A stretch of DNA of 64,000 nucleotides. Origin: Eubacteriales bacterium (GTDB lineage: Bacteria > Bacillota > Clostridia > Oscillospirales > CAG-272). Under the pieces are notes generated by a model. The model saw only the letters and a list, made by a program, of their open reading frames with translations, made no database searches and had not been told where the DNA came from. The translations under genes were made by a program, and so were the position numbers. Below are positions 9,904 through 19,352 of this stretch, in pieces (within the stretch, counting starts at the first letter, position 1; every line of letters starts with the position of its first letter). The DNA lies in assembly GCA_048526005.1 (NCBI GenBank), contig DBFVEH010000013.1, forward strand, positions 199 to 64,198, given 5' to 3'.

Positions 9904-10575
9904 GTGAAAATTGTGAAGATTCTTTTTGAGGGAGACTCGATTACGGACGGCAACCGGTATAAAAGCCGCGCCTCCGAATGGGATAAAAATCATCAGATCG
10001 GACATAGCTACGTCTATATCATAACGGGACTGCTTGGACTCATGTATCCGCAGCGGCACCTTGAATTTATCAACCGCGCGGTGGGCGGCAGCCAGACGGG
10101 GGCGCTTCTTTCCCGTTGGGAGGAGGACGTGCTCGCGATCGGTCCGGATGTGCTTTCCATACTTGTGGGGGTCAACGACTGTATTTATCATGACCGCGAC
10201 GGGAAATGCGATTATTCCGCCGGCGATTTTGAAAGAAACTACCGAAAGCTTCTCACGTTATCCAAGGAAAAAAATCCGGCGCTGACGCTCATCCTTCTCG
10301 AACCGTTCGCCCATATCCCGGGTCAGAAAAACGCGCCCACCACAGATATCGCGCGTGCGGCGCCGCTTCGCAGCGAGCAAAAAATCGTCCGTCGCCTTGC
10401 GGCGGAATTCGGCGCGGTATTCGTGCCGCTTCAGGCGGTCTTTGACGAGGCGATGACGCTTCGCGAGCCGAAATACTGGATTTGGGACGGGACACATCCG
10501 ACGGAAGCGGGACATGCGCTGATCGCAAGGGAATTTTTGAAGCATACAAAGGATATCTTTGGATATGAATTATGA
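9904..10575 (+). CDS. SGNH/GDSL family hydrolase
   Basis: Block I FEGDSITDG, plus GVND and a C-terminal DGTHP block. GTG start is uncertain. Confidence 0.8.
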   Translation: MKIVKILFEGDSITDGNRYKSRASEWDKNHQIGHSYVYIITGLLGLMYPQRHLEFINRAVGGSQTGALLSRWEEDVLAIGPDVLSILVGVNDCIYHDRDGKCDYSAGDFERNYRKLLTLSKEKNPALTLILLEPFAHIPGQKNAPTTDIARAAPLRSEQKIVRRLAAEFGAVFVPLQAVFDEAMTLREPKYWIWDGTHPTEAGHALIAREFLKHTKDIFGYEL

Positions 10576-10617
10576 AAAAATAACCGCCGCACCGGTCGGC
10601 GGACTTCGGAGGGAACT

Positions 10618-12306
10618 ATGAAATTTACGGAAATGCCGTATGTGCGCCCGGACATGGAGCGGGTGCTTGCCGATTTTGATGCGATCGCCGCAAGGCTCGA
10701 CGATGCAAAGAGCGCCGAAGAGCAGATCGCGGCGTATGAGGCGGCGGACACGCTTAAAAAGCGGTTCATGACGGCGGCGGCGCTTGCATCCGTGCGTCAT
10801 ACGATCGATACCCGCGACGAATTCTATACGGCGGAAAACGATTTTATGGATGAAAACGCGCCCGTCGTGCAGGAAAAAATCCAGAAGATCCTCGAGAAAA
10901 TGCTCTCGTCCGCGTTCCGCAGAGAGCTGGAAGCGCACTTCGGAGAGCTTTTCTTCCGCAATCTTGAAATCGCGGCAAGGACGTTCAAGCCGGAGATCAT
11001 CGGACTTATGCAGGAGGAAAATGCGCTCGTTTCCGAATATCAGGCGCTTTACGCCTCGATGACGGTGAAGTTCGACGGGAAAACCCTGCCGATCACAAAG
11101 CTTTCCCCATATAAGCAGAGCACGGACCGCGCCGTAAGGCGCGCCGCCTATGCCGTCGAGGGAGAATGCTTCGATTCGCACAAAGAAAAGCTCGACGCGC
11201 TTTACGATAAGCTTGTGAAAAACCGCACGGCGCAGGCAAAGGCGCTCGGCTATGAGAATTATGTCGGGCTCGGCTACGACCGCCTCGGACGGAACTGCTA
11301 CGACTGTCATGACGTCGCCGCTTTCCGCGATCAGATCGCGGTGGATTTTGTTCCCGTTGTCGCCAAAGTGAAAAAGGCGCAGGAGAAGCGCATCGGCGTC
11401 GACCATCTGAAATTTTACGACGATATCTTCATGTTCCCGGATGGGAATGCGAAGCCCTCCGGCACATCGGAGGAGATTTTGGCCGCCGGCCGGAGGATGT
11501 ATCATGAGCTGTCGCCGGAGACGGCGGAATTCATCGATTTCATGTATGAAAACGGGCTTTTCGACGTGCTTGCGAAGGAGGGAAAGGCGCCGGGCGGCTA
11601 CTGCACGGAGTTTCCGGATTACGACGCGCCGTTCATCTTTTCCAATTTCAACGGCACCTCGGGGGATGTGGATGTGCTGACGCACGAGGCAGGACACGCG
11701 TTCGCGTTCTACCGTGCGGCAAGGCATGTCGCGCTCTCCGACTTCCACAGTCCGACCATCGAGGCGTGCGAATGCCATTCTATGAGCATGGAGTTTTTGA
11801 CGGCTCCGTATCATGCGCTGTTTTTCGGGGACGCCGTGAAAAAATACGAGCTGTCCCACTGTGAGGATTCCGTCATTTTTATTCCGTATGGCTGCATGGT
11901 GGATGAATTTCAGCATAAAATGTATGAAAATCCGGAGCTTTCGCCGGAACAGCGAAATGCCTTTTGGCTGTCGCTTGAGAAAAAGTATCGACCGTATATC
12001 GATTTCGACGGACTGCCGTTCTATTCCCGCGGTGCGGGCTGGCGGCGCCAGCTGCATATTTATATGTATCCTCTTTATTATATCGATTACTGCATGGCGC
12101 AGACCGTGGCATTCCAGTTTTGGTTTGCATCGCTGGAGAACAGAGAGGCGGCGTGGGAAAATTATCTCGGCTTTGTCGATAAGGCGGGGACAGAAACGTT
12201 CCGCGATCTTGTAAAAGGAGCGGGGCTTCTGCTTCCGTATGAAGCGGGAACGATGAAAAAAATCGGGGAAAAGCTTTCAAAATGGATCGAGAACAATCAG
12301 ATATAA
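10618..12306 (+). CDS. pepF: M3B family oligoendopeptidase F
   Basis: Zinc motif HEAGHAF, about 560 aa, RBS GGAGGG. Confidence 0.9.
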   Translation: MKFTEMPYVRPDMERVLADFDAIAARLDDAKSAEEQIAAYEAADTLKKRFMTAAALASVRHTIDTRDEFYTAENDFMDENAPVVQEKIQKILEKMLSSAFRRELEAHFGELFFRNLEIAARTFKPEIIGLMQEENALVSEYQALYASMTVKFDGKTLPITKLSPYKQSTDRAVRRAAYAVEGECFDSHKEKLDALYDKLVKNRTAQAKALGYENYVGLGYDRLGRNCYDCHDVAAFRDQIAVDFVPVVAKVKKAQEKRIGVDHLKFYDDIFMFPDGNAKPSGTSEEILAAGRRMYHELSPETAEFIDFMYENGLFDVLAKEGKAPGGYCTEFPDYDAPFIFSNFNGTSGDVDVLTHEAGHAFAFYRAARHVALSDFHSPTIEACECHSMSMEFLTAPYHALFFGDAVKKYELSHCEDSVIFIPYGCMVDEFQHKMYENPELSPEQRNAFWLSLEKKYRPYIDFDGLPFYSRGAGWRRQLHIYMYPLYYIDYCMAQTVAFQFWFASLENREAAWENYLGFVDKAGTETFRDLVKGAGLLLPYEAGTMKKIGEKLSKWIENNQI

Positions 12307-12307
12307 G

Positions 12308-12333
12308 AAAAAGGCGGATATTCCGCCTTTTTC
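12308..12333 (+). terminator. Intrinsic terminator of pepF
   Basis: AAAAAGGCGGA-TATT-CCGCCTTTTT hairpin with a T-run immediately after the stop codon. Confidence 0.75.
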
Positions 12334-12336
12334 CTT

Positions 12337-13212
12337 TATAAAAAATATGTGCTTTTCTCACTGAGGAGAAAAGCACCAAAAGACTCACCGAGACTCCCGT
12401 CTCGGACTCTCATGCTTCTGCTGAGAAGCGTATACACACGGCTCGAAAGGTGTTGCAGTGCTCGCAAAGCTCGCACAGGCCACCAGTATAAACTGGAAAG
12501 CGATCTATACCCTTTTAAAGTACAATGCTAAAATCAATCGTATCACAATGCAATGCTTCGCATTGCAGGGCAACCTCACCGTGCGGGAAACAACTGCCGC
12601 TGGAAAGTCCGCGACCGCAGGCGCAAACTGCCGGATTGCACTCGACGCCCGTTCGGCGTGTTCCGCCGTGGCTTGCGTACCCCTGCGGTACGCAAACACG
12701 TGTCGGGAGCCGACGGAATACATTTTTGGCTCGCACCAACGGTCAAGCCGGAGGTTTGCGATTTCTTTTCGTTCTTTTCTTGTTCGTACAAGAAAAGAAC
12801 ACGTTTCTCCTTTGCCAAGGAGAAGATATGTGCTTTTCTCACTGAGGAGAAAAGCACCAAAAGACTCACCGAGACGCTGTCTCGGACTCTCATGCTTCTG
12901 CTGGGGAGCGTATACCCACGGCTCGAAGATGTTGCAGTGCTCGCGGAGCTCGCACAGGCCACCACTCACCGTGCGGAAAGCAACGGCGGCTTGGGAAGCC
13001 CGCGCCCGCAGGCGCAAGGCGCGCGCCGTGTGAGCGCCTCCCGGGGCGATGTTCACAAACACGGCGGCGGTTGACGGATCACGCGAGCTTCGCGAGCGTG
13101 GATGCCGTCTTTCATAGCCGCCACCGAACCGCTGCCGGCCGCACGAACGGTCAAGCCGGAGGCTTGCAGTTTCTTTTCGTTCTTTTCTTGTCCGACGGGG
13201 AAAAGAACGCAC
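12337..13212. repeat. Second tandem array (two units) of the ~408-bp hairpin-dense mosaic repeat; fills the convergent pepF/serS intergenic region
   Basis: Anchors at 12792 and 13200 (408-bp period). Unit 2B is collinear with units at 1-850. Unit 2A starts inside the unit and carries a ~89-nt AT-rich insertion (12486-12574) and a substituted 3' module (~12625-12745). Confidence 0.9.
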
Positions 13213-13215
13213 TTT

Positions 13216-14505
13216 TTATTTTTTCGGAATCAGCTTTTCCTTCCCGCTCATATACGGACGGAGCGCGGCGGGCACGTTCACCGAACCGTCGGCGTTCAGA
13301 TTGTTTTCGAGGAAGGCGATGAGCATTCTCGGCGGGGCGACGACCGTGTTGTTGAGCGTATGCGCGAGGTATTTTTTGCCGTCCGCGCCGTTTACGCGGA
13401 TTTTTAAGCGCCTTGCCTGTGCGTCGCCGAGATTCGAGCAGCTTCCCACCTCAAAATATTTTTTCTGACGCGGCGACCATGCCTCGACGTCGACCGATTT
13501 GACCTTGAGATCGGCGAGATCGCCGGAGCAGCATTCGAGCGTGCGCACCGGAATATCTAAGGAACGGAACAGGTCGACCGTGTTCTGCCAAAGCTTATCG
13601 AACCACATCTTGCTGTCCTCGGGCCGGCAGACGACGATCATTTCCTGCTTTTCAAACTGATGGATGCGGTAGACGCCGCGCTCCTCGATGCCGTGCGCGC
13701 CTTTTTCTTTGCGGAAGCACGGGGAATAGCTGGTCAGCGTATAGGGCAGATTTTTTTCATCGAGGATTTGATCGATGAACTTGCCGATCATGGAATGCTC
13801 GCTCGTGCCGATGAGATAGAGATCCTCCCCTTCGATTTTATACATCATGGCGTCCATCTCGGCAAAGCTCATGACGCCGGTCACGACGTTTGAGCGAATC
13901 ATGAACGGCGGCACGCAGTAGGTAAAGCCGCGGTCGATCATGAAATCGCGCGCATAGCTGATGACGGCGGAATGGAGCCTTGCAATATCGCCCATGAGGT
14001 AGTAAAAACCGTTTCCGGCGACGCGGCGCGCGGAATCGAGGTCAAGCCCGTCGAAACGCTCCATGATATCGCTGTGATAGGGAATTTCAAAATCCGGAAC
14101 GACCGGATCGCCGAACCGCTGCACCTCGACGTTTTCGCTGTCGTCCTTTCCGATCGGGACGGAGGGATCGATGATATTCGGAATGGTCATCATGATCTTT
14201 GTGATCTTTTCGTCCAGCTCCGCTTCCTTGGCTTCCAGCGCGGCGAGCGCCTCGGAATTTTCTGTCACCTGCTTTTTGGCTTCCTCGGCCTCGGCCTTTT
14301 TGCCCTGCGCCATGTATGCGCCGATCAGCTTGGAGACCTTATTGCGGTTTGCGCGCAGAGCATCCGCCTCGCCTTTTGCCTTGCGGTTTTCCTCGTCGAG
14401 AGCAATGACCTCGTCGACAAGCGGTAGCTTGGCGTCCTGAAATTTGTTTCGGATGTTCTGCTTTACGATTTCGGGATTTTCTCTGAGAAATTTTAAATCC
14501 AGCAT
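13216..14505 (-). CDS. serS: Serine--tRNA ligase
   Basis: N-terminus MLDLKFLRENPE with a coiled-coil arm, then class II core motifs (e.g. YSPCFRKEKG). Start trimmed to the ATG at 14505 with RBS GGAGGAG. Confidence 0.95.
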   Translation of the reverse strand: MLDLKFLRENPEIVKQNIRNKFQDAKLPLVDEVIALDEENRKAKGEADALRANRNKVSKLIGAYMAQGKKAEAEEAKKQVTENSEALAALEAKEAELDEKITKIMMTIPNIIDPSVPIGKDDSENVEVQRFGDPVVPDFEIPYHSDIMERFDGLDLDSARRVAGNGFYYLMGDIARLHSAVISYARDFMIDRGFTYCVPPFMIRSNVVTGVMSFAEMDAMMYKIEGEDLYLIGTSEHSMIGKFIDQILDEKNLPYTLTSYSPCFRKEKGAHGIEERGVYRIHQFEKQEMIVVCRPEDSKMWFDKLWQNTVDLFRSLDIPVRTLECCSGDLADLKVKSVDVEAWSPRQKKYFEVGSCSNLGDAQARRLKIRVNGADGKKYLAHTLNNTVVAPPRMLIAFLENNLNADGSVNVPAALRPYMSGKEKLIPKK

Positions 14506-14519
14506 GTTGCTTCTCCTCC

Positions 14520-14755
14520 GTAAAAAATAAAAAAGCCTTTTCCTCCCTCCAAAATGGGACGAAAAGACTCCGTGTTGCCACCCAACTTGCCATGCCTCGG
14601 GGCACGGCCGCTCAACGGTATGATAAGGGATACCGTCCCGCGGATCTCTCCGCATGCTCCGGAAGCGGACAGAACCAAACCGCGCCTACGGGCTTGCACC
14701 GACCGCCGTTTCTCTTCCCGCGCAGCATTTGGACTGTTTTCCATCCTCGCAAATA
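14520..14755 (-). promoter_or_regulatory. T-box leader (tRNA-sensing riboswitch) of serS
   Basis: Read on the minus strand: stem I start TGCGAGGATGG, an AGAGA box (GGGAAGAGAAACGG), GGTGCAAGCC distal-loop motif, T-box sequence AAGTTGGGTGGCAACACGG, then a hairpin and T-run before the RBS. A UCU triplet followed by G lies in the candidate specifier region; I did not fold it. Confidence 0.7.
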
Positions 14756-14769
14756 AAATATTATGATTC

Positions 14770-14798
14770 ATTATAAGACTTATCTTCTGAAAAAGCAA
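14770..14798 (-). promoter_or_regulatory. Putative sigma-A promoter of the serS leader
   Basis: On the minus strand: TTGCTT, 17-nt spacer, TATAAT, just upstream of the T-box start. Confidence 0.4.
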
Positions 14799-14889
14799 GA
14801 GATTTTTGAAATATTTTTGATTTCTTTTCTTTTGAAAGGCTGCTATCGAAAGTCTTTACAAAAAAGTCATAGTTTATGTGCGGGTTTCC

Positions 14890-14918
14890 TTGATTTTTAG
14901 GGGCTTACGTGATATAAT
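14890..14918 (+). promoter_or_regulatory. Putative sigma-A promoter of the URO-D-family gene
   Basis: TTGATT, 17-nt spacer, TATAAT, with a TG extended -10. Confidence 0.4.
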
Positions 14919-14995
14919 TGATTTTGTAAATTGAATACGTATGCCGAAAACCGAATCGGTTTTTTCGTATCGGAATTATCAGGAGGAAAGGCGAT

Positions 14996-16006
14996 TTGTA
15001 TATGAAAAATGTTGAACGCTTCAATGCCGTCATGAATTTTGAAAAACCGGACCGGCTTCCCGTCATGGAATGGGCGGGCTGGTGGGGCGATACGCTGAAT
15101 CGCTGGTATGATGAAGGGCTGTCCCGCGAAATTCCGTGGGACAGGATCCAAACGCATCTCGGTCTCGATTTCATCCGCCGCATTTGGATGCCGCTTGAAA
15201 CGCCGGACTGTCCTCGACCTGCCTCTCACGGAGCGCCGCTGATCTATACCTCGGAGGATTACGACGCCTTTAAAAAATATCTTTATCCGAATGAAACGCA
15301 CAAAAATTGGCAGAATAAGGTCGATATTCTGAAAGCTCTGAAAGAGGAGCACGACTGCGGCGACGCCGTTCTGTGGTATTCCTATGACGGCTTCTTCTGG
15401 TTCCCGCGTGTGCTGCTCGGCATTGAGAACCATCTCTATTCATTCTACGACGAGCCGGAGCTGTATCATCGGATTTGTTCCGACCTCGCGGATTATATCA
15501 TCAGTCAGCTTCCGGTCATCTATTCGGTATGCAGTCCGGAGTTTATGGTGATTTCCGAGGATATGAGCTACAACAACGGGCCGATGCTCTCCGAGGAGCT
15601 GTTCGATGAGTTTCTGCTTCCGTATTATCAGCGCATCATCCCCGAGATCAAAAAATACGGCACCAAGGTCATTATCGACACCGACGGAGACGTTTCCATG
15701 ATGATCCCGTGGCTCATTCGCGCCGGAATCGACGGTGTGCTCCCGCTGGAAAGACAGGCGGGCGTCGATATCAATCGTCTGCGCGAGCTGTATCCCGATT
15801 TCCTTTTCATCGGAGGTTTTGACAAAATGACAATGCCGAGGGGCGAGGAGGCGATGCGCGCGGAATTTGAAAGGCTGCTTCCCGCGATGCGCGCGGGAGG
15901 CTTTGTCCCGTCCTGCGACCATCAGACGCCGCCGAGCGTTTCTCTCGAAAATTATCATATTTACGTGCGCCTGATGAAAGAGTATGCCGAGAAAGCGGTC
16001 AAATGA
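14996..16006 (+). CDS. Uroporphyrinogen decarboxylase (URO-D) family protein, MtaA/CmuA-like
   Basis: N-terminus ERFNAVMNFEKPDRLPV and ~335 aa are typical of URO-D-family methyltransferase-like proteins. Start is either TTG 14996 or ATG 15002. Confidence 0.6.
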   Translation: MYMKNVERFNAVMNFEKPDRLPVMEWAGWWGDTLNRWYDEGLSREIPWDRIQTHLGLDFIRRIWMPLETPDCPRPASHGAPLIYTSEDYDAFKKYLYPNETHKNWQNKVDILKALKEEHDCGDAVLWYSYDGFFWFPRVLLGIENHLYSFYDEPELYHRICSDLADYIISQLPVIYSVCSPEFMVISEDMSYNNGPMLSEELFDEFLLPYYQRIIPEIKKYGTKVIIDTDGDVSMMIPWLIRAGIDGVLPLERQAGVDINRLRELYPDFLFIGGFDKMTMPRGEEAMRAEFERLLPAMRAGGFVPSCDHQTPPSVSLENYHIYVRLMKEYAEKAVK

Positions 16007-16204
16007 AGAATTAACGGAATGGGCTTGTGTAATTTGTACAAAAAAAAACGAAAAAATTGTAGAATAAGCAGAATCTTCTTGATTAACAAAAGTAAGATTT
16101 GATTTATGGAGCATACCGGTGGTATAATATATTCTATCATCTGATTTTATATGGATTTTTGCTTCACAGTTTTGATAAAATATTTATCGGAGGAACATAG
16201 GAGA

Positions 16205-18076
16205 ATGAAAAGAGTATTGGCACTCGTCCTTATGCTGGCCATTTGTGTGGTATCGGCAGCCGGATGTACAAAGATATCCAAAGACGATCCGGCACAGAGG
16301 GGCGCGGAAATTGAAATGTATATGGGGACCAAGGTCATGGATCTCGATCCGGCCGTCGCCTATACGGACGAGAACGCGGTCAAGATACTGAGCCTGATTT
16401 TTGAGGGACTTACGAAGATCGATGAGAATGGCAAGCTCCAAAAGGCGCTCGCCAAGAAATGGGAGATCACGGAAAACCCCAAGACCGGCGCCCAAAGACT
16501 TGAGATCACCATCAACGACACCTATTGGAGCGACGGCTCCATGGTTCAGGCGAACGACGTGATATACGCATGGAAGCGGATCCTCGATCCATCTTTTGAT
16601 TCTCCGGCAGCCTCGATGCTGTACTGCATCAAGGGCGCAAAGGATGCCAAGATGGGACTGATCTCCATCGACGATATCGAGCTGTATTCCGTATCGAAAT
16701 CCAAATTTATCATTGAATTCGAGGAAGGCACCGACATCGACGAGTTTCTTTATAATACCGCAAGTCCGGCTTTGGTGCCGCTCCGTGAAAACAAGGTGGC
16801 GTCCTATCCGGATTCGTGGTCGAAGAGCGCGACCGACCTTTCCACCAACGGGCCGTTCCGTGTGAAAAAATTCTCGAGCGACCCCACGGAGCAGGTTGTG
16901 CTTGAGCGCTCCAAGTATTATTATCTGTCGCAGGAGGTAGAAACCGAGGCGATCGATAAATATGTGACGCCTTACAGGATCACCATCCGTTATGATGTCC
17001 CGCTTGACAAAACGCTCGTTTATTCCTCTGCGGAGACAGATGTTTTGACGATGTATAACAATAAGGAGCTTTTCTATATCTCAGGACTTACAGCCTCTAC
17101 GGCCGCGGCATACGGAAAATCCGTCAAAACGGAGGCGGAGGCATCTACCTTTGTTTACTACTTTAACCTGAATTCCCGCGATAACGCCAAGCTTTTCCAA
17201 AATGCCGCCGTAAGAGAGGCGCTTTCCATGGCGCTTGACCGGAATTATATTGCCGAGCTTGTCGGATGCGGCACGGAAGCGGCGACCGGACTTTTGAACG
17301 ATCAGGTATTCAATACGAAAAAGGGAACTTCCTTCCGCAAGTCGGGCGGAGAAATCATCAGCGCTGCCGGCGATATCGAAGGAGCGAAGCAGCTGTTGGC
17401 CGACAACGATATTTGGCCTGAGGATTATGACGATATTTATATTCTCATCCGTATGGATGAGATGAACGACAGCTATCAATCCCAGCAGATGGGCTATATG
17501 AGCAAGGAAAAGGCAGTCGCGCAGTATACGAAAACCGTGTGGGAAGAGCTCGGCTTCCACGTCGTGGTGAACGCTGTGGCCTCTTCCACTTATGAAGAGC
17601 TTTATGCGGCGGGAGATTACGACGTCATCGGACTCGATTATCAGATGCTCTCTGTTTATCCGCTTTATAATCTGACTGCCTTTACAAAGGAATACAATGG
17701 ACATGTAAAGCTTGTGACCTCTGCCGACAGGGATTTCGACGCATCCCGTGGGGAGACGATGTATTATGAAAGCGTTGCGCATGTGAGCGGATATTACAAT
17801 GCGGAATATGACGCGCTCATTGCATCCGCTTTTGCCGAAACGGATGCCAAAAAGCGGGCGGAAATTCTCCATGAGGCCGAAGCGCTTTTGCTGAGCGACG
17901 CAGTGGTGGTGCCGCTGCTCTTCAATGCGAACGCCTATGTGGTGTCGAGCGAGCTTTCCAAGGTTTCGACGAATTATTGGGGCGTGCAGATCTTCACGAA
18001 GACGGAGCTGAAAAACTATGTTCAGTATCTGTCGTCCGTGAGGGAAGCTGCGCAAAAAGAAGAAGAAAATCAGTAA
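16205..18076 (+). CDS. ABC transporter substrate-binding lipoprotein, family 5 (peptide/nickel type)
   Basis: Lipoprotein signal MKRVLALVLMLAICVVSAAGC, ~620 aa, SBP_bac_5-like sequence. No permease or ATPase genes are adjacent. Confidence 0.8.
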   Translation: MKRVLALVLMLAICVVSAAGCTKISKDDPAQRGAEIEMYMGTKVMDLDPAVAYTDENAVKILSLIFEGLTKIDENGKLQKALAKKWEITENPKTGAQRLEITINDTYWSDGSMVQANDVIYAWKRILDPSFDSPAASMLYCIKGAKDAKMGLISIDDIELYSVSKSKFIIEFEEGTDIDEFLYNTASPALVPLRENKVASYPDSWSKSATDLSTNGPFRVKKFSSDPTEQVVLERSKYYYLSQEVETEAIDKYVTPYRITIRYDVPLDKTLVYSSAETDVLTMYNNKELFYISGLTASTAAAYGKSVKTEAEASTFVYYFNLNSRDNAKLFQNAAVREALSMALDRNYIAELVGCGTEAATGLLNDQVFNTKKGTSFRKSGGEIISAAGDIEGAKQLLADNDIWPEDYDDIYILIRMDEMNDSYQSQQMGYMSKEKAVAQYTKTVWEELGFHVVVNAVASSTYEELYAAGDYDVIGLDYQMLSVYPLYNLTAFTKEYNGHVKLVTSADRDFDASRGETMYYESVAHVSGYYNAEYDALIASAFAETDAKKRAEILHEAEALLLSDAVVVPLLFNANAYVVSSELSKVSTNYWGVQIFTKTELKNYVQYLSSVREAAQKEEENQ

Positions 18077-18080
18077 TAGA

Positions 18081-18108
18081 AAAGGGACGGCAGCGCCGTC
18101 CCTTTTCC
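18081..18108. terminator. Bidirectional intrinsic terminator
   Basis: Stem GGGACGG/CCGTCCC flanked by AAA and TTTT, between convergent genes. Confidence 0.75.
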
Positions 18109-18132
18109 ATTGGTCTTTCGATTGCGAAAGGC

Positions 18133-18519
18133 TCAGAAGATGCCGTCGAGCGTAAAGCTTTCCAGCATTTTCAGCCTTTTCAGTCCGTCGCAGAAAGTCA
18201 TCCGCGCCACGGCGAAATCATCGCCGTCTCCGTCCCGGTAGCTGATATACATCAATAGGATTGCATCATCCGCACGGTTGATATTGTCGTAGCCGGCGGT
18301 AAAGGCGATTCGGTTGAAGCTTTCGTCCCACATCTGCCACAGCCGTTCCATGTTATCCTCGAGGGTATCCTTGCCGGCTTCAAACGCATCGGCGTCCGCC
18401 GGGAGCATCTCGGCGATTTCAAGCAGCGCATCGATCTTTCCGCCGATATAGCATGAATTGCAGATGACAAAGGTAAGAACAGCGCTGATCAGAAGAAGAG
18501 AAGCAATAAAGGTTTTCAT
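18133..18519 (-). CDS. Small membrane-anchored protein (DUF4363-like, partner of the DUF421 gene)
   Basis: N-terminal TM helix. Lies 4 nt downstream of the DUF421 gene, the arrangement usual in spore-forming Firmicutes. Confidence 0.5.
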   Translation of the reverse strand: MKTFIASLLLISAVLTFVICNSCYIGGKIDALLEIAEMLPADADAFEAGKDTLEDNMERLWQMWDESFNRIAFTAGYDNINRADDAILLMYISYRDGDGDDFAVARMTFCDGLKRLKMLESFTLDGIF

Positions 18520-18522
18520 ATC

Positions 18523-19197
18523 TCAACGCTCCTTTTTCACGATTTTGACGGTATCGCTGTCGTCCACGGTCATTAAAAATACGGTTTTGATATCATGGAT
18601 ATGCCTTTTTTTGAGCTGCTGTTCTACCCATTCCGGACTTTTTCCCGCATTTTTTACGGCATAATCCAAGATGTGTCCGTCGATGATCACCGAATGGGAA
18701 AGACCTGCGCCGTCTCCTGTCAGGTTCAGATCGGAGAGCGTCACCTGCTTTTCGCTGTCCTTGGGGAATACGGATATCTGTCCGTTCTGTTCGAGAATGG
18801 CATATTCCACCTCGTCCGGTGAAGCGATATTTTTGAGTCTCAGCTCGCATAGAAGATCATCCATGCTGAGGCGCATTTTGACCATTTCCTTTTGGTTGAT
18901 GACGCCTTTTCGGATGATGATGCTCGGCTTTCCGTCGAGAATGCGTTTCATGGCAGTGCTTTTGGTGGCGAGAAACGACATGATGATCTCAAGGCAGATG
19001 ATGACGACGATCGGGACGACCGAGTATAAAAAAGGGATGTTGGCATTCGTCAGAGGATGCGATGCGATCTCCGAGAGCAAGAACGTCGTGACAAGCTCCG
19101 AGAGCTGGATCTCCCCGATCTGTCTTTTCCCCGAAAGACGCATCGCGCCGATGAGAAGGATATAGATCAAAATTGTCCTTACAAAAATGGCTGCCAT
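18523..19197 (-). CDS. DUF421 (YetF/YrbG-like) membrane protein
   Basis: N-terminus FVRTILIYILLIGAMRLSGKRQIGEIQLSELV. Start trimmed to the ATG with RBS AAAGGA. Confidence 0.75.
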   Translation of the reverse strand: MAAIFVRTILIYILLIGAMRLSGKRQIGEIQLSELVTTFLLSEIASHPLTNANIPFLYSVVPIVVIICLEIIMSFLATKSTAMKRILDGKPSIIIRKGVINQKEMVKMRLSMDDLLCELRLKNIASPDEVEYAILEQNGQISVFPKDSEKQVTLSDLNLTGDGAGLSHSVIIDGHILDYAVKNAGKSPEWVEQQLKKRHIHDIKTVFLMTVDDSDTVKIVKKER

Positions 19198-19352
19198 ATG
19201 GATTCCTTTCCGCAAAGAGGCGCAAACGTGTTTACTGAATATATTATTTATGGAAAATATAAAAATATTTGTTGAAAAAATTCCCGTTATAGGTTATAAT
19301 CATCATGTATCATTCTATCAAAACGGCGGCAGAATCCGGAAAGGAGCCGAAA

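Noticed and set aside
10570-12057. 495-aa ORF antisense to pepF, and similar long antisense ORFs (1470..2465, 22403..23446, 26627..28024, 40071..41771, 41509..43836, 50500..52152, 55235..56752, 59597..60697, 61464..62426)
   Set aside because: These are shadow ORFs opposite well-supported genes in GC-rich DNA. The translations are Arg/His/Asp-rich with no recognisable motifs and no RBS-supported starts.
1-13212. CRISPR array interpretation of the two repeat loci
   Set aside because: The period is ~408 bp with the sequence conserved along nearly the whole unit. There is no alternation of short direct repeats with unique spacers, and no cas genes in the window.
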